DNA of 64,000 bases from Octopus bimaculoides (lineage: Eukaryota). The notes beneath the pieces are model-generated. The model searched no databases. It was not told the origin of the DNA and worked only from the letters and a program-made list of their open reading frames with translations. Below are positions 11,375 through 23,824 of this stretch, piece by piece. A program made the position numbers and the translations under genes. The stretch spans positions 49,228,706-49,292,705 of the forward strand of contig NC_068987.1 of NCBI RefSeq assembly GCF_001194135.2, in the 5' to 3' direction. Each line of letters begins with the position of its first letter. Within the stretch, counting starts at the first letter, position 1.

Positions 11375-11815
11375 GAACTTGTGGAAGAGGGCGACCCAAG
11401 AATACATGGGACAAAGTACTGAAGGACAACCTCAGAACACTGAATCTTGTGAAGGAGATGACAAAGGACCACAATATCTAATGCCTTGGTGTACTCAACA
11501 ACTCAAGAAGACTCGTCCTCCACAGCAGAAGTGTTAATGCTCCCCTCCCCCATGAAGAAAATTAGCCTGCAAGAGTCCTGTGTTGATGCTACATAAAAAG
11601 TACTTGTGCCAGTACCACTTAACAGTGCTTGTGCTGGTACCACGTTAAAAGCACTCAGCACACACTGTAAAGTGGTTGGTGTCAGGAAGGGCATCCAGCT
11701 GTAGAAACCAAGCCAAATCAAACTGGAATCTGGTGCAGTTCTCTGGCATGCTACCTCTGGTCAAACCGTTCAACACATGTCAGCATGGAAAACAGATGTT
11801 AGGGGTTGATGATAA
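11375..11815 (+). mobile_element. RTE-type LINE 3' fragment
   Basis: GTCGRGRPKNTWDKVLKDNLRTLNLVKEMTKD followed by the shared 3' UTR and a GATGAT tail. Confidence 0.75.
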
Positions 11816-12009
11816 TATTCCCTTAACATTTAGCTAGTTTGCCTTATCAAGCAAGTAGTAAAATAAAGTATTTATTTCACTTATGGCTATAGTTTTAACT
11901 TCTGTTATCATTTATGTGTTGAAATATGCTGCCTATGTTTCAATTAATTTTTGAAATAATGAAGAATTTAGTAAATTCAGCTGGTGTTTTGAACATAAAT
12001 TTACAGAAT

Positions 12010-12232
12010 TTCATATTGGTGCTACGGAATTTGCAGATATGGAAGAGGTGAAGAAAAAATGACAGAGGCATTAAAAGGCATCACTTTGCAAGAGTTCATG
12101 CACTGCTTCAAGCAGTGGAAAATGCATCTGGATCAATGCATTGCTTGAAATGAAGGTGATAAAAGTGTAAACATGTAAAGCAAAGTGAATAAAATTATAT
12201 TGCAAAATTCTGGTTTCTTTTGGGTACCCCAC
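12010..12232 (+). mobile_element. mariner transposase C-terminal relic plus 3' end
   Basis: FADMEEVKK..TEALKGITLQEFMHCFKQWKMHLDQCIA; ends TTTTGGGTACCCC. Confidence 0.6.
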
Positions 12233-13200
12233 ATATGTTCTTGAGATACTGCAATTATAACTTCAGAAACTTATTGACACCAAGGAAATAAAGATGGCTT
12301 AATCGCATCTGGAATGTCATTAAACAAGGGTCTGCTCATTCATGCCTCAGTTGAAGCTGAATAGTAACAATATCCTGAAGATCAAATAGCTAATTAGTGG
12401 CACACTAATTGAAAAAAATAACTATTTTTCATTGTAAAGAACCAACAAAAGTTTGAATCAAAATGAACTCAGACTATTGTTTCTAGCGAAAGGACCTCTC
12501 TGTCATCCACTCCCACACACTTAATCCACTTCAGAAACAAAACAACAAACATTATGCTGTTATTTTTAACAAGGTAATATACCTTTGGAGAATTTTCTCC
12601 TGTGAGGTATTTCCGAACATACAGTGTTACTAGTACTTTTTAGCAAAAAATTCACCTCTTGTTGATTACATTGCTGAATGTCTTTTCTTACAGAAAAAAA
12701 GTATGAGTTTGCTTCTAACAGGAACTTTTTTCATTCAAATTGTATTTTAAACGAAAGATTCATTAAAGTTGGTTTTTGCATATAATATTCCTGTTAGCTT
12801 GTATTATAATGGACGTAGGGTTGATCATGGAATGTTTATAATTTTGATATTTTTAATAATATTTTTCTATCTTAATACAATAAGTATTTTATATACATTC
12901 ATTTGTTATTTATTGTTGGTTGATATATACATTCTTTTATTATTATTATTGTTGTATTTTGACATGAAGATTAGCTATATTTTTGAATAGAATTGATTTT
13001 CGATAGTTTTAATTGATTTAAATATTCTTTCTATTTGAAAATTGGTTATGAAACACGTGTAGTCTTTTTATTATCATTATCTTATGATATTTACTTTGTA
13101 TTATATTATACTTATTTATTGTGCTTTTACTTATTAATTTTTCTATATGTGACAGTGGATTTTCATCGATGAGTTCATGAACCTTGGTTCTTTTCCCTAA

Positions 13201-13253
<53 letters not shown>

Positions 13254-13909
13254 TATATATATACACACACATATATATATATGACGGGCTTCTTTCAGTT
13301 TTGTTCTACCAAATCCACTCACAAGGCTTTGGTCGACCTAAAGTTATAGTAGAATACACTTTTCCAAGGTACCATGCAGTGGGACTGAACTTGGGACCAT
13401 GTGGTTAGGAAGCAAGCTTCTTACCTCACAGCCATGCTGCATCTATCTGTGTACCTTTTCGTAATTTTTTTTCCAATTTAAAATATTTAATTTCATATAA
13501 TGAAAACCACAAATCTAGTGAATTACAGCTGCCCAGAGTTTCATGGCTGAAACATTAATTCATTTTGCCATTTTTCAAACTGACAATAATGGTCAGTTGA
13601 TGACATTTGTATAGGGAATGATGACGTTTGAACAAGGAATGTTTATAAGGGAGAAAACAGAAAGAAAAACACAAAGGAGATAACCAACATTACAATAAAT
13701 GTCAAAAAAGAAAATATTAATGGTTTATGATGTATCCAGTGGGTTATTTTTAAATTCTGCCAAGATGTATTTCTCAAAATGCAGACATAAAGAAGAAAGT
13801 CTTGTTTCTGGAACTTACGTAGTCACTGAAGACTCTCAAGTTCTTTAAGAGTTATAGTTTTTAAGAGAACATATTGAGCATCTCTTTGACCTGTTGATAT
13901 GTTTGGTGA

Positions 13910-14510
13910 AGGTAGCGAGTTGGCAGAAACGTTAGCACGCCAGGCGAAAATGCTTAGCAGTATTTCATCTGCTGTTACATTTTGAGTTCAAATTCCGCCG
14001 AGGTCAACTTTACCTTTCATCTTTTCGGGGTCGATAAATTAAGTACCAGTTATGCACTGGAGTCAATGTAATTGATTTAATTCCTTTGTCTGTCCCTTCT
14101 ATGTTTAGCCCCTTGTGGGCAATAAAGAAATAAGAAACATTAGCGCACTGGGTGAAATGCTTAGCAGTATGTCATCTATCTTTACATTCTGAGTTCAATT
14201 TCCCCCAAGGTCGACTTCACCTTTCATCCTTTCAGGGTTGATAAATTAAGTACCAGTTGTGTACTGGGGTTGATCTAATCGACTGGTCCCCCTCCCTGAA
14301 AGTTTTGGGCCTTGTGCCTAGAGTAGAAAAGAATATCAGGTTTGGTGAAGGCAATGAGCTGGCAGAATCGTTAGCACGTTGAGCGAAATGCTTTGCAGCT
14401 TTTCTTTTGGGATAAATAAAATAAGTACCAGTTGAGTACTGGAGTTGATGTAATCAATTTACCCTCTCTTCCAAATCTGCTGGCCTTGTACCAAATTTTG
14501 AAATCAATAT
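13910..14510 (+). mobile_element. Three head-to-tail copies of tRNA-derived SINE family A
   Basis: A-box-like TGGCAGAA(A/T)CGTTAG, B-box-like GAGTTCAAATTCC, central CCTTTCATC.TTTC.GGGTCGATAAATTAAGTACCAGT; three different 3' ends. Confidence 0.85.
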
Positions 14511-14639
14511 AGGGTTTGCTTTTGGAAAAGATTTTCCATTTGATGATGTGGTTGGACTCTGTATCTTTAAGTTTTCAGGTTAAAGCCAGAAAGGTAGTTG
14601 AATGTCATGGTGTGTAAAAGTTGTAAGATGGCTGTTATA

Positions 14640-16900
14640 TTTGGATTTATATTTTCCTTCCACTGCCAGTTACAGCATAGGTGTTGATGGTCTCCGATCT
14701 AGCCATCTCAAAGACTTGCTGTATCCCCTTAATGCTAAAACTGGGCACTGCCTGCTGAGCACAGTTACAGCTCTCATTAACAGGTTCATTCACAGTGCCC
14801 TGGACCATTTTTCCTGAAGCCTCTTCAATTCAGCCTGCCCTAATCGATATCAGGAAGAAAGGCGGTGGCATATGCCCTATTGCTGTGGACAATGTCTTCC
14901 ATAGCCTCATGGTGAAAGTCATCTACAGATCTGTCACACCCGAAATAGGCAAGGAACTCAGTCTGGTGCAACTAGGGGGTCAATATGCTCAGCGGGTGTG
15001 AAGGAACTGCTCATGTTGCTAGACACTTCTTCAATGACTGTCCTGAGCCAACATCAAGTGATTCCAGGCACCTCACTATCAAGCTCGACATATGCCTTTA
15101 ACTGTCTGTACCGTGACCACTTGCTCCAGCCATGCCCTATCTGCCTACATGCTATCTTACCTGTTGTGTGGATCTCCAAGCATGCTCCTCACTGCAGATT
15201 AGGTCATACTATCTTTGACTGGCATTCAACAGGGCAATCCATTGGACTCCCTCCACTTTGCTCTTGGGTTGAACAGAATTGCTTGGAGCATCGTGTCAGG
15301 TACCTGAACGATGTGATGGTGGGTAGACTCATAGAGTGTTGGTTAATGTTTCCAATCACTGGTTACTGTTCTGGCGAGGATTGGCCCCGAGATTTTATTT
15401 CTTTATTGCCCACAAGGGGGCCAAACATAGAGGGGACAAGCAAGGACAGACAAAGGGGTTAAGTTGATTACATCGACCCCAGTGCATAACTGGTACTTAA
15501 TTTATCGACCCTGAAAGGATGAAAGCAAAGTCGACCTCAGCGGAATTTGAAGTCATAACAGCAGACGAAATACCGCTAAGCATTTTGCCCGGTATGCTAA
15601 TGATTCTGCTAGCTCAACATGTACAAATCAGAGGTCAGGAACATCAACTACAACACAGAGGGATTTGTGGCTTCTGTTTCAGATATGCGATCATTATTTC
15701 ACCAGGTACAGGTGACCTTGAAAGAGGATGTCTTTATCCTTTGTTTGCCTGTCCTCCTGCTTCAGGTCCAGGCTTCACCAGCTCGAAACTCTGATGAGCA
15801 GACTTAATGGGATCAACAACCATCCAGCATTCTTCCCATTAAGGAACTGCTTCATGATGTTGAAGTTTCTGTATACCCTCCACTGTGCCCCTTGCTACAA
15901 CTACACATCTCTCCTCACAGATCTCAATGCCTGTATTCAACAGGCCACTGAAGAGATATGCAATGTCCAGTTCAACAACACTGGATGGCAACAGGCCACT
16001 TTACCTGTCAGATATGGCAGCCTTCAGTCTCTGGTCACACTGGTCCTGCTGGCATTTCTTTCATCAGTGACCTCTTGCTGTGTCCTCATCAACAGGGTTG
16101 AGATGACATGGAGTCATCTTGCCCACCACCTTGTGGACATCCATCCCCCTCTCCTTTTTGTGGATGCCTGGACACCTTCCAAACAAAAGGGATACTATCC
16201 AGAGCAGCTTGATCTCAGATGGGCTGGTGTGCCAACTTGACCAGTACCATGTAGCTTGTTTCTGCTTGGCCTCCCAGTTCCATAGCAGTACCTGGCTCAA
16301 CACAGTGCCATTCACTCTTAACTAGCACTCAGCTTGATAACAATTGTCTGTATATTGGTGTTTTCCATAAGGCTTGACCTCAAAATCTGTGAGCTGCACA
16401 AATACTGCTGTGGATTTTTTCAACCTCCAACTATTGTCATGCCAATATGGTGCTGACATTATGAGATCATAAGGCATGTCCTAAATGTTGCAGGCTTCAT
16501 TCTTAGCTCATGCTAGCAAGGCTAGACCGAGGGGACAATGAAAGGCCAGATAGCATGATAGTTTTCCTGTTCTGCAGTGATAGGCCCCTCATCTGGGATG
16601 CCAAATGCAGTGACCCCTTCTCCAGTGGCAGCTTGGTGTGTTCAGCTGCTACCTCGTGTTTCATCAGGTTAAGAAGGGCAAACTCTCAAAGTATCGGTCA
16701 ATCACACACAGATTTGTTGTCAAGCCTGTGACAGTGGAGACTTCCAATATTCTTACCACATTCCTGCTCACCACTATTACAGCAGAGATAGCTATCCACA
16801 AGTATGAGTCCCATAAGTCAGAGTGGCTGTTCCGGCACATCTTCTTTTACCATTCTCTGGGGCAACACCTTTACCATTTTGCATGCTGCTTCCATGGAGG
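14640..16900 (+). mobile_element. Decayed CRE-clade non-LTR retrotransposon (RT plus restriction-like endonuclease), interrupted by a SINE
   Basis: DGLRSSHLKDLL, KKGGGICPIAV, QLG..GCEG, AFNCLYRDHLL, QQGNPLDSLHF, YLND (YLDD), WQQATLPVRYG, STWLNTVP, DNERPD...LIWD (RLE), KYRS...PVTVET. Many frameshifts. Confidence 0.8.
15388..15603 (-). mobile_element. SINE family A inserted in the CRE RT domain
   Basis: Reverse complement of 13910-14132; splits RIGPE | LNMYKSE just after the YxDD motif. Confidence 0.9.
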
Positions 16901-18117
16901 CAGACAGACAAGCCTTTTTAGGTGTTACTTATTATTTATTGTTTTATTTAACCAACCATAATTTAATAAAATAGCTACAATAAAAAAAAGATTCTAAAAA
17001 CATAGTTTCACATAGACAGGAATAATTATTTTGATGTTCCTGGAGTAATTTTTTTTCATTTCAGATTAATCATAAGTGAAACTAAAACAATAAATAAACA
17101 AAGAAGCAAAAATAAGAGAACAAGTAATGTAATACAGAGACATTCCTTGGTAAATGGTCTTGGTGTTTTTCAAGTCTGGAGTCATTACATCAAAACAAAC
17201 TCATTAACAAATTGTGAAGTGTCTGGCACAAATTCCTTAAATTTCTTAGGTCATACTGATTTTACTTGCAGTTGACCTATATTAGTTGAACATGTCATTT
17301 TAGGAGACTGCATCACACTGGCAAAAACTTTAAAGCATCAGCAATAATGTGCACTGACTGGTCAAGGAGTGTAAAACAATAGCAGTAATTTCATTTCAAA
17401 GTTTCAGCTCAGAGCTGCGGCCATGCTGATGCACCACAACTAGTCAAAAATTATAAACCGATAACAGTTATGGTCACTGATTAGTCAAGAGCTGTAAAAC
17501 AACAGCAGTATTGTTAAAAAACTTGAATTCTGCATTTTTTTTTATTGAATATTACCAAAAATGCTATAAAGAAAGAGCTGCCAGTACCAGCTATTCTTTA
17601 ATGGTTAAAAGTGGTAGAGGTCATTTTTGTTGTTGTTGCTGTTGTTGTGGTTGTTGTTTAGTCCCTGGTCAGCTCTGATCAAGCAAATGTATTATGAAAT
17701 ATTCCAGTTGAGGTTATTCTATATTATTTATTTTGGATTATCTTATTTAATGTGTCCTTCTATTTTTAAGATGGTAGGGTTTGATTCAAGAGAATTTGGC
17801 TGCTATTACTAACATATAGAAGTTCCTCTGTTGATTCAGTCAAAGATAGCTGACTGCTATCAATGCCAAGAGTGACACTATAAATGCTGAGAGTTGGTGT
17901 ACAGTGCTGATCCCAAAGTAAACCTACAGACAAAATAGTAAACAAGAAAGTGGAGGAGGAAGAGCTCAAAGTTTTCAATAATCTCAACCTGTGTGAGAAA
18001 GAACAATAATAACTATGACAGCGACAGTGACAGTCTGGCATGGATCCCATCTTTATGTGGTACCAGGCAGAGAGCAGATAGAAACAGTAAAAAAAAAATA
18101 TTGGTCAATATCAATTT

Positions 18118-18351
18118 AATTCCCTTTTGTTACCATATTTCTGTTAAAATATACTGCTTTTGCTTCAATTAATTTTGAAAATAATGAAGAATTTAATAAA
18201 ATGACTTTGCACTTATCGAGTCAGTGTTTGAAACATAAATTAACATGGAATTTTGATGGAAAGTTTTTAATTTAGATTACTTTATAACAGGAAGTCTGTA
18301 TTGTTACAGAGGCAGGAGAAGTCTCCGGTGGGTTGGTATCAAAAAGATTAA
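18118..18351. mobile_element. piggyBac-like MITE; other copies at 11818-12005 (partial), 39848-40080, 41055-41272
   Basis: Recurrent ~230-bp AT-rich unit with ends resembling TTAA|CCCTTT...AAAGGG|TTAA (clearest at 41263-41272). Confidence 0.6.
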
Positions 18352-19106
18352 TTCCTATATACTATATAATTCTTATATACTTCCTATATACTCTATGTCC
18401 AAATTGATAGGGTGGCTGGGGAAATAGTTGAGAAGAGGTTATTTTATATTTTCATTTTACTTCCTGTATTTTGTAAACTCTAGTGTTATTGGTTCACCAT
18501 ATTTGTAAGATCAGAAGTGACTAGGGAGTCCATGAAATCCAGATAGAATAAGCACCACAAGTTATTTTTGTTCAAATACATCAGATTTAATTATGTACCT
18601 TTATAAATTGGTGAAAGGTATAGAACTTTTTGTTAATGCAGACCATCATTGGTTTCCTTGGACCCAGGATTATTGACAATGCTTTTCTTAGATGAAACAT
18701 GTCACATTTAGAATTGTTGATGCATGAAAGAGATTACCGACACCAGTTGCTAGCTGTCAGGACATATTGCATCCTACAAGATTTCCATTCTTCCTGAAAT
18801 TCACCAATGCTAAGTTATATGCTTATGTACCATTCCTCTTTAGTCTTTTATTCTTTTAGCTGTTTCAGTCATTTTACTGTGGCCATGCTTATTTTTTAAG
18901 CCCAGCACTTATTCTCTTGGTTTCTTTTGCCAAACTGCTAAGTTACCAGGATGTATACACACCAAACCCAGTTGTTGAGTGGCAGTGGGATACAAACACA
19001 GACACAAAGACACACATACACACAAATATATACATACATATGTACATACATGTGTGTGTGTGTAGAATGTTGAAAAGTGACACATGAGTTGATACATATA
19101 AAGACA

Positions 19107-19683
19107 ATAAGACAAGGTAGAAATGCTAAAATAATTTCATTATTAATACATTTGTAACAGTTATTACTGGTTTCTGTCTTTTCAACTTTTTCACCTAAGA
19201 GTAAGACAAAGGTGGATATTAATTAAGAAGAAAACAAATTGAAAATAAAATGTTTTATAAATATTTCCGTAGTCTTCAAATAGGTAGGACATTTTCGTTT
19301 TTTGTCTCTCTCTCTTTTCCTTTGTGAAGGCTCGTAAGGTATCAAGTAGCAGTATTATGAAATACATTTTTGTAAAGTTTAGTACCAGTTTCTGTCTTTT
19401 CAATTTTTTCAACTAAAAGTAAGACAAAGGTGGATATTAATTAAGAAGAAAAGAAAGAGAGAGACAGAAAAAAGGAAAATGTCCTACTTATTTGAAGACT
19501 ATGGAAATATTTACAAAACATTTTGTTTAATTTTTTCTTCAATTTAATTGTTTTTCTTCTTAATTAACATCCACTTTTGTCTTGCTCTTAGTTGAAAAAG
19601 TCCAAAAGTCAGAAACCGGTACTAACCGTTACAAAATGTGTTTCATGATAAAATTATTTTAGCATTTTCTACCTTGTCTTATT
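19107..19683. mobile_element. Fold-back element with long imperfect inverted arms and an internal partial duplication
   Basis: AATAAGACAAGGTAGAAATGCTAAAATAAT at the left versus ATTATTTTAGCATTTTCTACCTTGTCTTATT at the right; 19168-19230 is repeated at 19385-19450. Confidence 0.8.
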
Positions 19684-20029
19684 TTTCTTATATATAGTTC
19701 AGTTTCTTTCTACCAAATCCACTCACAAGGCTTTGGTCAACCCAAGGCTATAGCCCAAGGTGCTATGCAGTAGGAACCATGTGGTTGGGAAGCAAGCTTC
19801 TTACTACACAGCCACGCCTGCCTTTCATGACTCTTTTAATGTTGACTCTTCTTATTTTCTTGTTTTACCCTGTGTGCCATGCAAACAGTTTTAGTTTTCT
19901 TTGCTGTCTTTCTATCTTGATTTGTGGCTACATTCTTTCCTCTCTTTTACTATTTTACAATGAGTTGCAAGTGCACCTGAGCACTGTATTCAATAAAATT
20001 ATTATTATCATTATTATTATTATTATTAT

Positions 20030-20612
20030 CTGCTTAACTCAGACTTAATTTTTATTCCTGGTAGAATTTATGAAGATAGCAAAGTTACTACCAGTAACCT
20101 CAAATAACCACATGGTTTCAATAAACCATCAAGTGTTCAAAACCCTTCAGGGGATCTTCCCTGTTTATAAGGGGTAAACTTTCTGTAGAAACTCTACAGG
20201 TTACTCCTTTCTAATCTCATTTATTTGTTTGTCTATTTCATCACTCACAGCCTCTAACGCACTAATCATCACAGGTACATTCTTTACATATTTCACATTC
20301 CAAATCCTTGCAATCACAAATTTTGAGATGTTATATTTCTTTCAACTTTTCATCTGCTTTCTTCTCAATCCAACATAGTATCAAATGGTCAAGATGGATT
20401 AATCAATATGCAAATTCGATTTTCTGTGTCTAATACTGTAATTTCTGGCTTGTTACATTCCATCTTCTTATGCATTTGAATGAAGAAATCCCACAAAACC
20501 TTGAATGTTTCTGACTCAAATACTCTTTCTATTGATGAATGTACCCTGTACTTCCAACTTCAACCCCACATTTTTGGTAAAGCTTCAAATGTGAAATGTT
20601 TCATCCCAAATT
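20030..20612 (-). mobile_element. R4/Dong-like retrotransposon 3' fragment (RLE domain)
   Basis: Minus strand reads KVLWDFFIQMHKKMECNKPEITVLDTENRICILINPS, matching the LWD...NRPDI...C.LID RLE pattern; (TAA)n at its 3' end (20000-20029). Confidence 0.7.
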
Positions 20613-20639
20613 GCATAATTATTAATATTATTTCATTCA

Positions 20640-21160
20640 TCTTTATGTTCTGAGTTCAAATTCTGCCAATGTTAACTTTGCCTTTCATCCTTTCAAGGTT
20701 GATAAAATAAGTACCAGTTGAATACTGGGGTTGATGTAATTGACTTAGTCCTTCTCCCCAAATTGCTGACCTTGTGCTAAAATTTGAAACCAATAATATT
20801 AGTTTGTCTCTCTTTATGTTCTGAGTTCAAATTCTGCCTTTCAGGGTCAATAAAATAAGTACCAGTCAAAAACTGGGGCTTATGTAATCAACTAATCCCC
20901 TCTCCACAAAAATTTCAGGCCTTGTGTCTATAGTAGAAAGGACGGCAAGCTGGCAGAATTATTAGCATGCCAGGCAAAATGCTTAGTGGCATTTTGTCCA
21001 TCTTTACGTTCTGATTTCAAATTCCACCAGGGTCAACTTTACCTTTTATCCTTTCAGGGTCAATAAATTAAGTACCTGTTTTGCACTGGGGTCAATGTAA
21101 TCAACTAGTCTCCTCCCCACAAAAATTTCAGGTCTTGTGCCCTTAGTAGAAAGGATTATT
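20640..21160 (+). mobile_element. Second tandem triplet of SINE family A
   Basis: Units at ~20640-20795, 20812-20940, 20943-21160; (TTA)n/(TCA)n tail. Confidence 0.85.
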
Positions 21161-21639
21161 ATTATTATCATCATCATCATCATCATCATCATTATTATTA
21201 TTATTACCATCATCATCGCCATCACAGTTCTGTCACTGCTTACAATTAGAAGGTTGTTTCTAATCACTGATATCTACTTATATGATATTTAAAAGTTATA
21301 TATTTCAACACAGTACTGAAGCTAAGGTATGAACTGTTGACCTCTCAGACAATCAGTTGCTTATCCAGTTTGCTATTTATTCATCCATTTTTCTCTCACC
21401 TTCTACTTCTACTTATGTATTCAATGACACTTGCAAACTTGTATGTCAGCTAAACAAGTTTTATCAAATTTTTTTTCACTGAATCAATATTTGTCTCAAA
21501 TACCAATTAATTGCTGTTAAGCAGGTTTTTCGACTCATAAAACTTTCTACTGTTACATACTGTTGTTACTTTGAAAAGAAGTAGTAATAGTTATATGTAG
21601 CCTCATAAATCATGAACGTTTATCTATATGCATGCACAT

Positions 21640-21742
21640 ATATTCATGTATGTATGTATGTATGTATGTATGTATGTGTGAGTGTGTTTGTGCATGTGCA
21701 TATATGCACAGATACATACTTGTACACACACATGTATGTGTA

Positions 21743-21781
<39 letters not shown>

Positions 21782-22796
21782 AAGCATATGCAAATGCATG
21801 TGTGTTTGTGTATGTATGCACACACACACACACACACACACACATTTTTGTTGCAGTAGACTGACAGACAAACTTATATGACCTTAGACAGTACAATTTT
21901 AGTACTTTTAAGAAAGATTTTTAGTCATTGATATAGTACTCAACAACACAAGTACCAGATGCTATGCCTATATATAATTGAAGATTCCATAATCACTATG
22001 ATATTATGGTATTATAAAGCCCACCTCTCTTAATGGAATCATAAGGCACAGAGATGATAATATAGTGTATCTTGGGCATTTTAAAGCCAAGTGGAGCCCA
22101 ACCCTGTCCAAGTTTAAATGCTACCAGTTCCTTCCAAGGAGAAACTGAGAGAGAACGAGAAATGGAGGAGGGGGTGGTGGTTTCGTCATATTCAAATATA
22201 TTTAAGCTCTTTTGTTTAACAACATGCTGTGCTTATATCGATTAATTTATGATAAGTTGTAAAATTCACGTTTATGCAAATTAGGTTATCCACCATGGTG
22301 CTGTCCTCATTCATGACTGCTTTATAAGTAGCTGATCTATTGATTGAAGCTAACTATGTGTTTCTCTGAGTAGTGGCTAACAACCATGATATAGTGTGTT
22401 ACAAGATGCTCTCCAGCTTTAATCTCCACATCAGTAGAATAGAAAGGATGTAATTGCATTCTTATTTAACTCACAGTGAGGTTTATGATATATATATATA
22501 TATATAAACATATATACATACATGTATATGGATGTGTGTATATATAAATGCTTATATATGCATAAATGTGTACACCCTAACTTTTCATCATCTGACACAA
22601 GATCATCTCCTGCAATGCCCCCTCCCCTTCCCAAATATTCCTTGTCTTGTGAGTTACTTGGTGACCCTGCTAGTCTACAAATGGATTGTGGATAATTAAT
22701 GACTTGTTTGAGTGTGTGTGTGGGGGGGGTATGTGTGTGTGTGTGTGTGCACATACATACATATCATCTTCATGTGTGTGTATAAATACACACACA

Positions 22797-22837
<41 letters not shown>

Positions 22838-22910
22838 TATATGCACATATGCATGCATGTATGTGTGCGTGTGTGTGTATGCGTATGTATACATAAACAA
22901 ACATGCACAT
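21640..22910. repeat. Compound microsatellite cluster (TATG)n/(TG)n/(CA)n/(TA)n, representative of many in the window (e.g. 26687-26729, 44040-44790, 52510-52565, 56570-56660, 57400-58097, 59875-60110, 63790-64000)
   Basis: Direct reading; these tracts account for most ORFs in the six-frame track. Confidence 0.95.
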
Positions 22911-23766
22911 GTAAATCTGGTAGTTTATATAAACCTGTCTGTTTGCTCTATTATCAAGTGTCATTCACCTAGTTTATGATTTCAAACATAATACTTGCCT
23001 AACTCACTAGCTCTAGAAAGTTATTTCATACTTTGTCCTTTGTCTTCTTTTGTGTACAACTCTCTCTATGTCCCACCCCACCTCTCTCTCTCTCTCTCTC
23101 TCTGTATGAGTATGTAGAATATGTGGAAGAGAGGAATGGGTTTGCACTTTTGGTTTTTTTTTTTAGTCTTCTCCAACAATAGGGTTGTTCTGATGGCAAG
23201 AACAACAACATGAGTATTTGTGCAACACAGAGTAAATAACCAAATAACACAAGGTATATTTTATTCAATGCAATCCTTTGTCATCAATTTTCTAGTTCAC
23301 ACATATATTTTTCATTGATATACACACACATACACACATATATAGAGATATATGAATATACATATATATTTGCAAGATGGTGGTTTCAATTCCAAGACTT
23401 CCAAAGAATTGTGTTCTTGAACAAAACATTTCGTTTCACATTGCTTCAGTTCACTCAGCTGTAAATAGGTTACCCTGCCATAGACTGGCACTCCTTTCAG
23501 GAGGAATGCTGGCTGGCCTGCTAGCCAGCTGGATGGCATCCTTCAAAAGCTACAAGGCAAGAAAGTGCACTGTGACTGGTGATGCATAACAACATCTGAT
23601 TCTGGTTGATCTGAACTTTTTGATGAAAGCTACCAGACCAGAATTTACTGTCACCTGTCGTCTTGTAAAAGTGTAATAAATATGTACTCTACAAAATGAA
23701 TTGTGCTTCAGCATGACTGCAGCCGCATGGCTAAAATGAATAAAAGAATGTATGTGTGTGTGTGCA

Positions 23767-23817
<51 letters not shown>

Positions 23818-23824
23818 TATGATT

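Noticed and set aside
10786-21160. tRNA genes suggested by A/B-box motifs
   Set aside because: The motifs are SINE heads running into SINE bodies; I found no complete cloverleaf.
22274-22281. Octamer motif ATGCAAAT
   Set aside because: A single 8-mer is expected by chance in AT-rich DNA; no associated snRNA or promoter context.
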